Part shown: one piece after another, positions 1 through 12,000 of the stretch
Layout of the letters: every line of letters begins with the position of its first letter
Numbering within the stretch: position 1 is the stretch's first letter
Assembly (NCBI RefSeq): GCF_004010195.1
Contig: NC_057759.1
Coordinates: 2,703,187-2,767,186 of the forward strand
From: Chiloscyllium plagiosum
Lineage: Eukaryota
Direction of reading: 5' to 3'
DNA length: 64,000 nucleotides
Position numbers and translations under genes: made by a program
The notes under the pieces: generated by a model
The model's input: only the letters and a program-made list of their open reading frames with translations
What the model was told of the DNA's origin: nothing
The model's database searches: none

Positions 1-284
1 CACACTAACTCCATTTCTCTCCCAGTCTCTGCTGTCTCTCCCACTACCTTCACACTCACTGAGTAAAACAATCTTCACATTATCACCCTGCATTATTTGC
101 CAACGAAAATAGTTTCTAAAAATGGTCACAAAAGTTTATAATTTCTCTCTGTAAATTAAATATCCCTGAAAACTATCTGCTCCTGGTCGAAGTCACTGCT
201 TAACCTTTTCAGTTCCAAGGAGAATTATATGAAATTATGTGACATCTCCATAAAAGATAAATCTTTTAGGTTTAATTTATTCGT

Positions 285-2210
285 GTCATAGAGATGTACA
301 ACACAGGAACCATCCCTACGGTCCAACTCATGCATGCCAACCAGGAATCCTGGATTCACATTTGCCAGGAGCTGGTCCATATCCCTCGAAATCCTTCCGC
401 TTCATGTATCCAATCAGATGCCTTTTAAATGTTGTAATTGTACAAGCTTCCTCCCCTTCCTCCGGCTGCTCATTCCATACAGGCAGCACCCTCGACATGA
501 AGAAGTTGCCCCTAAGACCTAATTTAACCTTTTCCCTCACACCTTATGCTGTACCCTCTAGTATTGAACCCATCACACATGGGAAAATGACCCTGACTGT
601 TCACTTTATTCATGCCCATCATGATTTTATAAACCTTACAAGATCACCTCTCAGTCTCTAACACTCCAGGGAAAATATTCCCAGCCAGTTTAGGCTTTCC
701 CAGTAGCTCAAACCGTCCAAACCCGGCAAAGCCCTTGCAAAACTTGTCTGAATGTTTCCAGTTTCACAATATCATTCCTAGAAGAGGGAGACTGGAACGG
801 AAAACAGAATTCCAGAAGAGCCTTGAATCAACGTCCTATACAACCACAATAGGACATCGCAACTTCTGTATTCATGCATTGTCCAATAGTGGAAAGTGTG
901 CCAAACCCTACCTAGCTGGGACTTTACTTCCAGAGAACTGTGAACCTGCACTCTAAGGTCTCTTTGTTCAGCAAAGCTCTCCAGGACCTTCTCATTCAGT
1001 GTAGAAGTCCTGCCCTGCTTTGCCTTTCCAAAATGCAGCACCTCACATGTATCTAAATTATACTGTCTGCCATTCCTCAACGCATTGCTCCATCTGATCA
1101 AGATCCCGTTCTACACTGCAGTAAACGTCTTTGCTGTCCACTACACCTCCAGTTTTGGTATCTTCTGTGAACCCACTGACCATACCTCATTCACATCCAA
1201 ATAATTTATGTAAAAAGACCAGCACACTGCTGCACACTGCTGTTCACAGGCTTCAAGCAGCCCTCGATCACCGCCCTCTGTCTCCTCCCTACAAGCCAAT
1301 TTTGTATCCAAATGGCTAGTTCTCCCTGCATTCCATGTTATCTAACCTTGGTAACCAGTCTGCTTTGCGGAACCTTGTTGAATGTCTCTCTGAAGTCCAT
1401 ACTGACAACGTCCACAATCTCCCTTCAATCATCTTTGTCATTCTTCAAAAGATTCAATCAAGTTACTAAGACACAATTTCCCACGCACAAAGCCGTGTTG
1501 ACTGTCCCTAATCATGCCTTGCCTTTTCAAACACATGTAAATCCTATTCCTCAGAGTCCCTTCTAACAACTTGCCTGCCACTGGGATTTTCTGGAGTGGA
1601 ATTGCTCGTCCTGAGTGCAGATATGGAAGAAGTGGAGGAATTCAGACGAGGACTATACTCGAGGGAAATCAGGAGAGCAAAACGTGGACATGAAATAACT
1701 CTAGGAACGGTTCTCTAGGAAACTCTATGAAAAGGCTCACTGATCTCTTGTTCCCCGGCCTTTCCTTACCACCTTTTTTAAAATCATTGCAGCCATCTTC
1801 CAGTACTTCGCCTGTGACTATCGATGATACAAACATCTCAGGAGGGGTCCAGCAATCACCTCACTAGCTTTCCACAAAGGTCTGAGATACATCTGATGAG
1901 GTCCCATTGATTTATTCACCTTGATACGATTTAAGACATCTAGTAGCACCTTCTCTGTAATATGGACGTTTATCAAGTTATCACTATTTATTTCTCCAAA
2001 CTCTGTACCTTCCATTTCATTCTCCAGCAAAACAAATGTGAAATACTCGCATCATATCTTTCCCAGCTTCTGTGGTTCCATAGACCACCTTGTTGATCTG
2101 CCTGGTTATTCTTTTATCTGTGATGTATTTGCAGAATCTCTTTGGATTCACCCTAAGCCATTTTCTGGAGTTATTTCATGTCCCCTTTTTGCTCTCCTGA
2201 TTACTCTCGA
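285..2210 (-). mobile_element. Degenerate CR1 LINE, 3' half (RT C-terminus and 3' UTR), with a small inverted CR1 fragment at ~1585-1710
   Basis: Minus-strand ORF fragments resemble CR1 ORF2: CEVLHFGKAKQGRT, EQRDLRVQVHSSL and KSMGPHQMYLRPLWKASEVIAGPL. Many stops and frameshifts. Confidence 0.85.
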
Positions 2211-2690
2211 GTTTAGCCCTGTACCCAATTCCTCCACTTCTTCCAGATCTGCACTGAGGAGGAGCAATTCCACTCCAGAGCATCTCAGAAAGGCTTCCCA
2301 TTCAATTTCCTTCCCACGTGATCAACAATGCCCTCCAATGCATATCCTCCACACTAATCTCCAGATACAGTGCATTAACCACTGCCATTTCCGCTACATA
2401 CAGTCAGACCCCAGCATCAGGGATATATTTCCCTCCCCACCCCTACCTGTCTTCCACATGGACCATTCCTCTTCGACTCCCTTATTAGGTGCACACCATC
2501 CCTTAAACCCACCCTCCATGCCAACGCCCTCCCTTGCCACCACAGGAGATGTAAGTCCTGTGCCCACATCTCACCCATTACCTCTGTACAAGGCCCCAAA
2601 AGATCTCGTAAAAATCAGGCAGAAATTTTCCTGCAAATCTAAACACCTCATCTACTGCGTCTGGACACTCTGGACAATTTACCATGGCTA
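2210..2690 (+). mobile_element. Penelope-like element fragment (region leading to the GIY-YIG domain)
   Basis: HFRYIQSDPSIRDIFPSPPLPVFHMDHS and KIRQKFSCKSKHLIYCV. Same family as the element at 42.5-45.9 kb. Confidence 0.7.
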
Positions 2691-2699
2691 AATCACCAG

Positions 2700-2860
2700 A
2701 CTTTCACATCATTGGACTATGGGAGGAAACCAGAGCACCTAAAGGAAACTCCATCAGACATGTGGAGAATGTGCAAACTCCATACAGAGAGTCACCCGTG
2801 GCTGTAATCAAACCCAGGTCCCTGGTGCTGAGGAAGCAGCGCTAACCACTGAGCCACAAT
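2700..2860 (-). mobile_element. Diverged HE1/V-SINE-type SINE
   Basis: gggaggaaaccagagcacc...gaatgtgcaaactcca...gctaaccactgagccac matches the reverse complement of the SINE at 41793. Confidence 0.75.
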
Positions 2861-2934
2861 ACAGTGGGATCGTTGGTGCTGACGTGCTGCCCCACTGATA
2901 CCTCAGTCACTCACCCTGCCTTATTTCCCAAGAG

Positions 2935-3275
2935 AGGAGGCGGTGATGGCCTCGTGATATTATCAATAGACTGTTAATCCAGAGACCCAGAAACGATCTG
3001 GGGACCTAGGTTTGAATCCCACCACGGCAGATGGGGGAATTTGAAATTAACAAAAAATCTGGAACTAAGAATTTAATGATGACAATGAATCCATTGTCGA
3101 TTGTTGGTTAAAAAAGCATCTTCTGGTTCACTAATAACCTTTAGGGAAGGAATCTGCCATCCTTACCTGGTTTGGCCTACATGGGACTCCAGACCCATCG
3201 CAAAGTGGTTAACTGTTAACTGCCCTCTGGACCCAGCCAGTGACACCCTCATCCTGTGAATGAATAAAGAAAAGT
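2935..3275 (+). mobile_element. tRNA-derived SINE, second family
   Basis: B-box-like ggtttgaatccc, core ctggttcactaat...tttagggaaggaatctgccatcct and tail gaatgaataaa. Further copies at ~5390, ~35620 and ~38770. Confidence 0.75.
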
Positions 3276-3289
3276 TCAAGTTTTGTTCC

Positions 3290-5050
3290 TGCTCTAGTAG
3301 GTACATCCTAGAAACTGAATCTGAATTGTTCTCGTACACACTGAACAAATAGCTTTCCATCCAAGCCCTTAACACTACAGCACTCAGAGGTGATGTTGGT
3401 AAAGTTAAACCCCGTTCTAATTGCAACCATTTTATTCCTACAGATAACAGATACTGATCTCCTGGTAAACTTACTTCTCAATTCCCTGCTGACTATTGGG
3501 TGGGGGTCTATAATACAATCCCAATGAGGTGATCATCCCTTTCTTCTTTCTCAGTCCCACCCAAATAACTTGCCTGGATGTAGGACCAGGAATGTCCTTG
3601 TGAAGCCCAGCTGTAATGTTATCCCTCATCAAAGATGCCACTTCCCCTGTCCTATCCTTGCTATAGCATCATACCCAGGAACAGTAAGGTACTGGTCCTA
3701 TCCATCCCTGATTCATGCCTCTGTAACTGCTGTAATATCCCAGTCCCACGTTCAAACCCATACCCTGAGCTCATCTGCCTTCCCTGTCAGGCCACTTGCA
3801 TTGAAATAAATGCAGTGTGACCTCATTCTGTGACGTGCCCTTGCCTGCCTTGACAGTCTGACCTCTGAACAGTATCAGCTTCAGACTTACCTCTTTCCTC
3901 ACTACCTCTTTGGGTCTACTCCCACTCCCTCGCTGGTTCAATTCCTCCTAAGTAGCAGTAGAAAATCTTCCCTTCCAATGCAGGTACAATCCATCCTTCT
4001 TATGGAGGTCGATTCTACCCCACAAGAGATTCCAATCATTCAAAAATGTGAATCCTTCTCAGCTCCACAAAGTCCACAGCCACTCATCCATCTCCTCCAT
4101 CCTGCTATTCCTACTTGCATTAGCATGAGGCACCAGAACTAATCCAGATATTACTATCCTTGAGGATCTACCTTTTAAACCTCCAGGCTAATTTGCCATA
4201 TTCTCATCAGGACCTCATCCTTTCTCATCCTATGTCATTGGTACCAATGTACAACCACATCCCACTGGTTATTCTCCCTTTTTAAGAAGATTCTACTCCC
4301 TCTCGGAGACATCCTTGACCCTGGCACCAGGGAGGCCCCACCCCATTCTGATGTCTCACTGTCAGCTGCAGAAATGGCAGACTGTCCCCTATACCAGAGA
4401 ATCCCCTATCATCATTGATCATCTGGAACCTGATATATCTCTCATTACATTGGAGAGAGTCTCAGTACCAGGAACTTCGTTGTCGGTGCGTCAGTCACTT
4501 GAGAGTTTATCACCCCCTAACTTTTCCAAACCAGTATACTTGTTTAAGATGGAGACAGCCACGGGAGACTGCTGCATTACCTGCCTACCCCTCCTACCTT
4601 TCATAGAGGTAACCCATCCACGTGACTGTATCTACAGTATCCTACCACCCTGAGACTGACACCTATCATGCTCACTGACCATCCCCGCCCCTGTCAATTC
4701 CTACCCGCCTTTAACTGCCCCGCTCCAACTGATCCATGCGATCCAATGGGATTTGCAGCCTCACTTCCTGCAGACATAGTCATCAGGATCATTGAAACTC
4801 TCCCTAATCTCCCACATCTGACAGGAAAAGCACATCAATCTATGAATGGCCATCTCTGCACCTTAAAAATTTACAGACCCAGGAAAAGGCACAATCTTAC
4901 TGCTCTACAAAACACTACTCCAGAATAACTTAATACCGACGCTTTACATTTTAAAATTTAATCAAGAGACTGTAAGACACATTAAAAAGAAACCCTCACC
5001 TTATTCACTATTGTAGATTTACTAAAATTAAACAGACTATAATTTATGTA
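3290..5050 (-). mobile_element. Degenerate CR1 LINE, 5' part (start of the APE endonuclease, ORF1 remnants)
   Basis: Homologous by eye to the better preserved copy at 52.2-53.7 kb, e.g. ccctgagctcatctgccttccctgt, cctggcaccagggag and aaaatgtgaatccttctc. Confidence 0.75.
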
Positions 5051-5389
5051 TTAAGAGCTGATCCTCAGCTGTAGTAGCTCTGAGAGTGAGCTCTCTCCGA
5101 GGGCAGCTGTGAAATGTCACGGTTTGTTTCTCTTTTCTCCCACAATGCTCCCTCCCTGTCTCTGTAATTCCTCCTCCAGCCTCACAACCCTCCTTATCTC
5201 TTTAACCCCCCTCCAGCTTCAGAAATTACAAATCTGTGGTGTAAGAGTTTTTTTGATTCATTTTTAGCTCTTTAATCACAAAAATGGAAAATATAAACAC
5301 AAGATTTCTGTTAACTGACTATTTGGAGAGGTCGACACATTTGTTCACATAGAAGGGCGGACTATTTAAAAAAAAAATCGTCGCCAAAT

Positions 5390-5700
5390 AGTGAGGTGAT
5401 GTTCTAATGGTATTTTTGCTAAGCCGAGTAATATGGAGACCTGTATAATGTTGGGAGGATGAGGGTTCAAATCCCAGCATGGCTGATGGTGGCATTGGTA
5501 TTCAATAAAATCTGGAATTAAGAGTCTAATGATGACCATAAATTCATTGTTGAATGTTACGGGGATAAAAACACCATCTGGTTCACTAATGTCCTTTAGA
5601 GAAGGAATCTGCCATCCTGACCTGGTATGGCCTACATGTGACTCCAGACCCACAGCAATGTGGTTGACTCTAGGCAATGCATGTTCTAAATGAATAAACA
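5390..5700 (+). mobile_element. tRNA-derived SINE (same family as 2935-3275)
   Basis: gggttcaaatccc B-box, shared core and tail tgaataaa. Confidence 0.75.
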
Positions 5701-5799
5701 AAAAGATTTATTTTAAATTATGGAGGAGCGCTTTTTTTTAACGTAATTGTGTTTTCAATTTTAAATAAAAAGTGTCAGATTGGTCGGATGGCACGATGG

Positions 5800-6478
5800 A
5801 CGCTGCAATAATCAGAGGGAACTTGAGGGACAAATCTACAGAGAGATCTCAGATATATGTCAGAATAAAGAGGTTGTAATGGTAAGCAATTTAATTTTCC
5901 AAACATTGATTCGGATTACCATAGGGTGAAAGGTTTGGTGGGTGGAGAATTTGTTAAATTACTTCGAGAACATTTCCTTTATCATTGTGTAAATGTTCCT
6001 GTCAGAAAAGGTGCAGAAGATGACCTTTTCTAGGGTAACAAAACAGGAGAAATGACTGAAGTGAAAGTAGGGGAACGCTTTGTATGGGAGGAAATTGCGA
6101 GGCACTTGTAGAAATATTTGCATAATTGAGAATCACAGGTGAGGTGCCTGATGACTGGAGAGTGGAGGTGCGGGAAAAGCGCAGCTGGACAGGCAGCATT
6201 CGAGGAGCAGGAGAATCGATGTTTCCGGTAGAAGCCCTTCATCAGGAAGGGGATGATTAGGGAAAGTCAGCAAAACTTTATGAGAGGGTGTCTCATCAAA
6301 ATGATCATTTTTTTAAGGTAGTCACCAAGAAGATCGATGTGGGCAGAGCGTTAGACGTTGCTTATTTGGACTTTAGTGAAGCCTTTGGCAAGGTTCTGCA
6401 TGGGAGACTAATTTGTAAAGTTGGATCACGTGGGATTCAGGGAGAACTTGCCAACTGGATACAAAATTAGCTAAACAG
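5800..6478 (+). mobile_element. CR1 ORF2 fragments with a Penelope terminal fragment inserted at ~6150-6247
   Basis: FFKVVTKKIDVGRALDVAYLDFSEAFGKVLHGRL is CR1 RT motif A. APE remnants lie upstream. Confidence 0.75.
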
Positions 6479-6479
6479 A

Positions 6480-7097
6480 CATGATTCGGAGAAGCCGGTG
6501 TTGGACTGGGGTGTACAAAGTTAAAAATCACACAACACCAGATTATAGTCCAACAGGTTTGAATACAGTGATAGTTTCACTTCTTTCATGTGTAAATCAC
6601 AAGATCCTTTTTTTTTCATGTATACATTCATGTAGAACTCTGAGCTCAAAAACTGCATGAATTTATGTAAAACTCCGTTATCTCACTTTTTAGATTAGAA
6701 TCAATCTCAACGTCATGGCATAGACAGACAACACTGGGGGCTAACACCTTCAGCATATTGTCGAGCTATCACCATTGTTAACAGCTAACCTGAGAATGCA
6801 ACTTTAAAAAAAAAGTTTTGTGATTTACACATGAAAGAAGTGAAAATATCATGGTATTCTAACAGATGAAAGGCTTAACAGACGATTAATTTTTCAATGT
6901 ATAATTTCAGTTAAATCACACTATACATTTCTGCTGTAAATTGTGTGTTAGGATTGAGCCCTCCACTATCACCTGATGAAGGAGCGACGCTCCGAAAGCT
7001 AGTGTGCTTCCAATTAAACCTGTTGGACTATAACTTGGTGTTGTGTGATTTTTAACTTTGTACACCCCAGTCCAATACCGGCATCACCGAATTATGT
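6480..7097. mobile_element. Penelope-type terminal element with ~80-bp inverted ends and a hammerhead core
   Basis: 6480-6560 is the reverse complement of ~7016-7097. CTGATGA...GAAA lies at 6973-6997. Confidence 0.7.
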
Positions 7098-9025
7098 TCG
7101 GATGAGATGTGAAGGCTCAGTTAGGGCGCTTGAGGATGACAAGGTGGCCAGGAAAGACCAAAAGAGAGAGTTCAGAAGAGCCAGGAGGAGACATGAGAAG
7201 TTGTTGGCGGATAGGATCAGCATAAACCCGAAGGCTTTCTATAGGTATTTAAGGAATAAAAGAATGACGAGAGTCAGATTATGGACAATCAAGGATAGTA
7301 GTGGTAAATTGTGTGTGGAGTCAGAGGAGATAGGGGAAGCACTAAATGAATATTTTTCATCAGTATTCACTCTAGAAAATGATACTGTTGTCGAGGAGAT
7401 TACTGAGATACAGGCTACTAGACTAAGTGTGATTGAGGTTCACAAGGAGGAGGTATTAGAAATCCTGCAGAGTGTGAAAATAGGAAAGTCCCCTGCGCCG
7501 GATAGGATTTATCCTAGGATTCTCTGGGAAGCCAGGGAGGAGATTGCCGACCCTTTGGCTTGAGCTTTAAACCATCATTGTCTACAGGAATAGTGCCCGA
7601 AGACTGCAGGATGGGAAATACGGTTCCCCTGTTCAAGAAGGGGAGTAGAGACAATCCAGGTAATTATAGACTAGTGAGCCTTACTTCAGTTGTTGGTAAA
7701 GTGTTGGAAAAGGTTATAAGAGATAGGATTTATAATAATCTAGAAAAGAATAATTTGATTTGGGATAGTCAGCACGGTTTTGTGAAGGGTAGGTCGTGCC
7801 TCACAAACCTTATTGAGTTCTTTGAGAAGGTGACACCAAACAGGTAGATGAGAGTAAACTGTTTGATATGGTGTATATGGATTTCAGCAAGGCATTCGAT
7901 AAGGTTACCCACAGTAGGCTATTGTACAAAATGCGGAGGAGATATGGCAGTTTGGATCAGTAATTGGCTTGCTGAAAGAAGACAGAGAGCGGTGATTGAT
8001 GGGAAATGTTCATCCTGGAGTCCAGTGGTGTACCGCAAGGGTCGGTGTTGGGCCCACTGCTGTTTTTCATTTTTATAAACGACCTGGATGAAGGTGTAGA
8101 AGTGTGGGTTGTGGATAGTGACGAAGGATGTTGTAGGTTACAGAGAGACATAGATAAGCTGCAGAGCTGGGCTGAGAGATGGCAAATGGAGTTTAATGCG
8201 GACAAGTGTGAGGTGATTCACTTTGGTTAGAGGAACCGGAATGCAAATTGCTGGGTTAATGGTCAGATTCTTGGTAGTGTAGATGAGCAGAGAGATCTCG
8301 GTGTCCAGGTATACATATCCTTGAAAGTTGCCACCCAGGTTGACAGGGTTGTGAAGAAGTCATACAGTGTTTTAGCTTTTATTAATAGAGGGATCGAGTT
8401 CTGGAACCATGAGGTTATGATACAGCTGTCCAAAACTCTGGTGCGACCGCACCTGGAGTATTGTGTACAGTTCTGGTCACCGAATTATAAGAAGGATGTA
8501 GAAGCTTTAGAAAGGGTGCAGAGGAGATTTACTAGGATGTTGCCTGGTATGGAGGTAAGGTCTTACGAGGAAAGTCTGAGGGACTTGAGGCTGTTTTCGT
8601 TAGAGAGCAGAAGGTTGAGAGGTGACTTAATAAAGACATATAAGATAATTAGACGGTTAGAGAGCCCTTTTCCAAGTATGGTGACGGCAAGCACGATGGG
8701 GCATAGCTTTAAATTGAGGGGTGATAGATATAGGAGAGATGTCAGAGGTAGTTTCTTTACTCATTGAGTAGTAAGGGTATGGAATGCTTTGCCTGCAATG
8801 GTAGTAGATTCGCCAACTTTAAATACATTTAAGTCGTCATTGGAAAGGCATATGGACGTACATGGGATAGTGTAGGTGAGATGGGCTTCAGATTAGTATG
8901 ACAGGGCAGCGCAACATCGAGGGCCGAAGGGCCTGTACTGCACTGCAATGTTCTATGTTCTAATCCTTGGCACAACATCATAAGCTGAAGGGCCTGTTCT
9001 GTGCTGTACATTTCTATGTTCTGTA
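7098..9025 (+). mobile_element. CR1 LINE ORF2 (RT) to 3' end, frameshifted, with a duplicated 3' tail
   Basis: [49 protein letters not shown] and [13 protein letters not shown]. Tail gggccgaagggcctgtactg...ttctatgttcta. Confidence 0.95.
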
Positions 9026-9044
9026 ATTCTAGATAATCCTCTTA

Positions 9045-12000
9045 GACCACAGCACTCCCTCAGTACTGACTGTCTGACATTGCTGCGTTCCCTCAGTACT
9101 GACCCTCTGGCATTTGTGCATTCTGTCAGTCCTAACCTCTGACAGTGCAGCGCTCCATCAATACTGATCCTTTGACAATGGAGTGCACATTCAGTCCAGA
9201 ACTTCTGATATTACAGCGCACCAGCAGTACTGACTCTCCAACAGTGAGGCACTCCCTCATTTCTGACACTCTCTCAGTACTGAATAATTCAAACAGTAGT
9301 GCTCATTCAGTACTGACCCACTGTCTGCGCAGCACTCCCTCAGTACTGACCCGCTGTCAGTGCAGCACTCCCTCAGTACTGACCCACTGTCAGTGCAGCA
9401 GTCCATCAGTACTGACCCAGTGACAGTGCGGAGGACCGACACCATTCATTCTCTGACAGTGTGGAACTCCCTCAGTAATAAACTGCTGACAGTGCAGCAC
9501 ACCTTCAGTGCTGACACCCTGATAGAGGAGTATTACCTTAGTGCTGTTCTTCTGACAGTGCGGCCCTACCTCAGTACTGAACTCCTGACAGTGCGGCCCT
9601 CCCTCAGGACTAATCTCCAGACAGTGCTGCCTTTCCTCAGAAAAAAACCTCCTGACAGTGTGACATCCCTCAGAACAAATCTCCTGACAGTGCGGACCTC
9701 CCTCAGTACCGAACTCCTGAGGATCCGGTCCTCTCTCAGAACTAAGCACCTGACAGTGTCGACGACCCTCAGAACTAAACTCCCGAAAGTGCAGCGCTCC
9801 CTCAGAACTAAACTCCTGACAGTGTGCCCCACCCTCAGTACTAAACTCCTGACAGTGCGGCCCTCCCTCACAACTAAACTCCTGACAGTGCGGCCCTCCT
9901 TCAGAAATAAACCCCTGACAGTGTGGCCCTCCCTCAGAACTAAACTCCTGACATTGCGGCCTTCGCTCAGAACTAAACTTCTGACATTGCGACCCTCCCT
10001 CAGAACTGAACTCCTGACAGTGTGGCCCTCGCTTAGTACTAAACTCCTGGCAGGGCGGCCGCCCTCAGAACTAAAATCCTGACATTGCGGCCCTCCCTCA
10101 GAACTAAACTCCTGACAGTGCGGCCCTCCCCCAGAACTAAACACCAGACAGTGCAGCCCTCCCTCAGTACTAAACACCTGACAATGCGGCCCTCCCTCAG
10201 TACTAAAATTCTGAAAGTGCGGCCCTCCCTCAGTACCAAACTCCTGACAGGGCGGTCCTGCCTCAGAACTAAACTCCTGACAGTGCGGTCTCCCTCAGAA
10301 CAAATCTCCTGACACTGTGGCCCTTCCTCAGAACTAAACTCATGACAGTGCGGCCCTCCCTCAGACCTAAACCCCTGACAGTGCGGCCCTCCCTCAGAAC
10401 TAAACACCTGACATTGCGGCCCTCTCTCAGAATTAAACTCCTGACAGTGCGGCCCTCCGTCAGAACTAAACCCCTGAGAGTGCGGCCCTCCCTCAGAACA
10501 AATGACCTGATAGTGCGGCCCTCCCTCTGTACGAAACTCCTGACAGTGCGGCCCTCCCACAGTACTAAACACCTGACAGTACGGCCCTCCCTTAGTACTA
10601 AATTTCTGACAGTGCGGCCCTCCCTCAGGACTGAACTCCTAAGAGTGCGGCCTTCCCTCAGAAAAAACCTCCTGACAGTGCGGCCCTCCAACAGTACTAA
10701 ACACCTGACAGTGCGGCCCTCCCTCAGTACTAAATTTCTGACAGTGCGGCCCTCACTCAGTACTGAACTCCTCAGAGTGCGGCCCACACTCAGAACTAAA
10801 CTCCTGACAGTCTGGATCTCCCTCAGTACTAAATTTCTGACAGTGCGGTCATCCCTCAGGACTGAACTCCTGACAGTGTGGCCCTCCCTCAGAACTAAAC
10901 ACCTGATATTGCGGCCCACACTCAGTACTAAACAGCTGACATTGCGGCCCTCCCTCAGAACTAAACTCCTGACAGTGCTGCCCTCCCTCAGACCTAAACA
11001 CTTGACATGGCGGCCCTCTCTCAGTACTAAATTTCTGACAGTGCGGCATCCCTCAGTACTGACCTCCTGAGAGCGCAGACCTCCCTCAGTACTAAATGTC
11101 TGACAGTGCGGCCCTCCCTCAGCACTGAACTCCTGACAGTGTGGCACTCCCTCAGACCTAGACACCTGACAGTGCGGCCCTCTCTCAGTAATAAATTTCT
11201 GACAGTGCTGCCCTCACTCAGAAACAAACTCCTGACAGTGCGGCCCTCCCTCAGACCTAGACACCTGACAGTGTGGCCCTCCCTCAGTACTAAGTTTCTG
11301 ACAGTGCGGCCCTCCCTCAGTACTGAACTCCTGACAGTGCGGCCCTCCCTCAGTACTGAACTCCTGAGAGTGCGGTCCTCACTCAGAACTAAACTCCTGA
11401 CAGTGTGGACCTCCCTCAGAACTAAACTCCCGAAAGTGTGGCCCTCCCTCAGAACTAAACTCCTGACTGTGCGGCCCTCCACAGAAAAAACCTCCTCACA
11501 GTGCCGCCCTCCCTCAGAACTAAACTCCTTACAGTGCCACTGCGAGAAACAAAGCCCACTCACTTCAATAATTTCAGTCCGAGACAAGATCTGAATAAGT
11601 AGTGTCCTTTATCTTTCCACTTGCAAGTGGGTGTGATGTCCATTGCCAAGCAAGGCAGAGGACAGAGCACACCGAGTTCAACAAATTCTCGATATTTATA
11701 TAATTTGGTTCCTACATATTTTTTTTCTTATTTCATTGTATTTACCCCTGCTTTCATCCTCCATTTCCCTAAAACTGGTCCCACCACTGTTGCTTATCCG
11801 GCCTTGTTTGTGACAAAATGCTTATTCTGGCCTCATAAGGCTGTTTGATCTCATCCCACTACAGGTCATTGTTAGGCATATTCTTTCTTCATCATTATCT
11901 ACTCTTTCCATCTGGGATTCTCCCGAGACCACTCTAATCTTGATGACCGCTTTAATTAGGGTTTGTTCCGGTGTCTCCAGACAAAGTGGGAAACACATGT

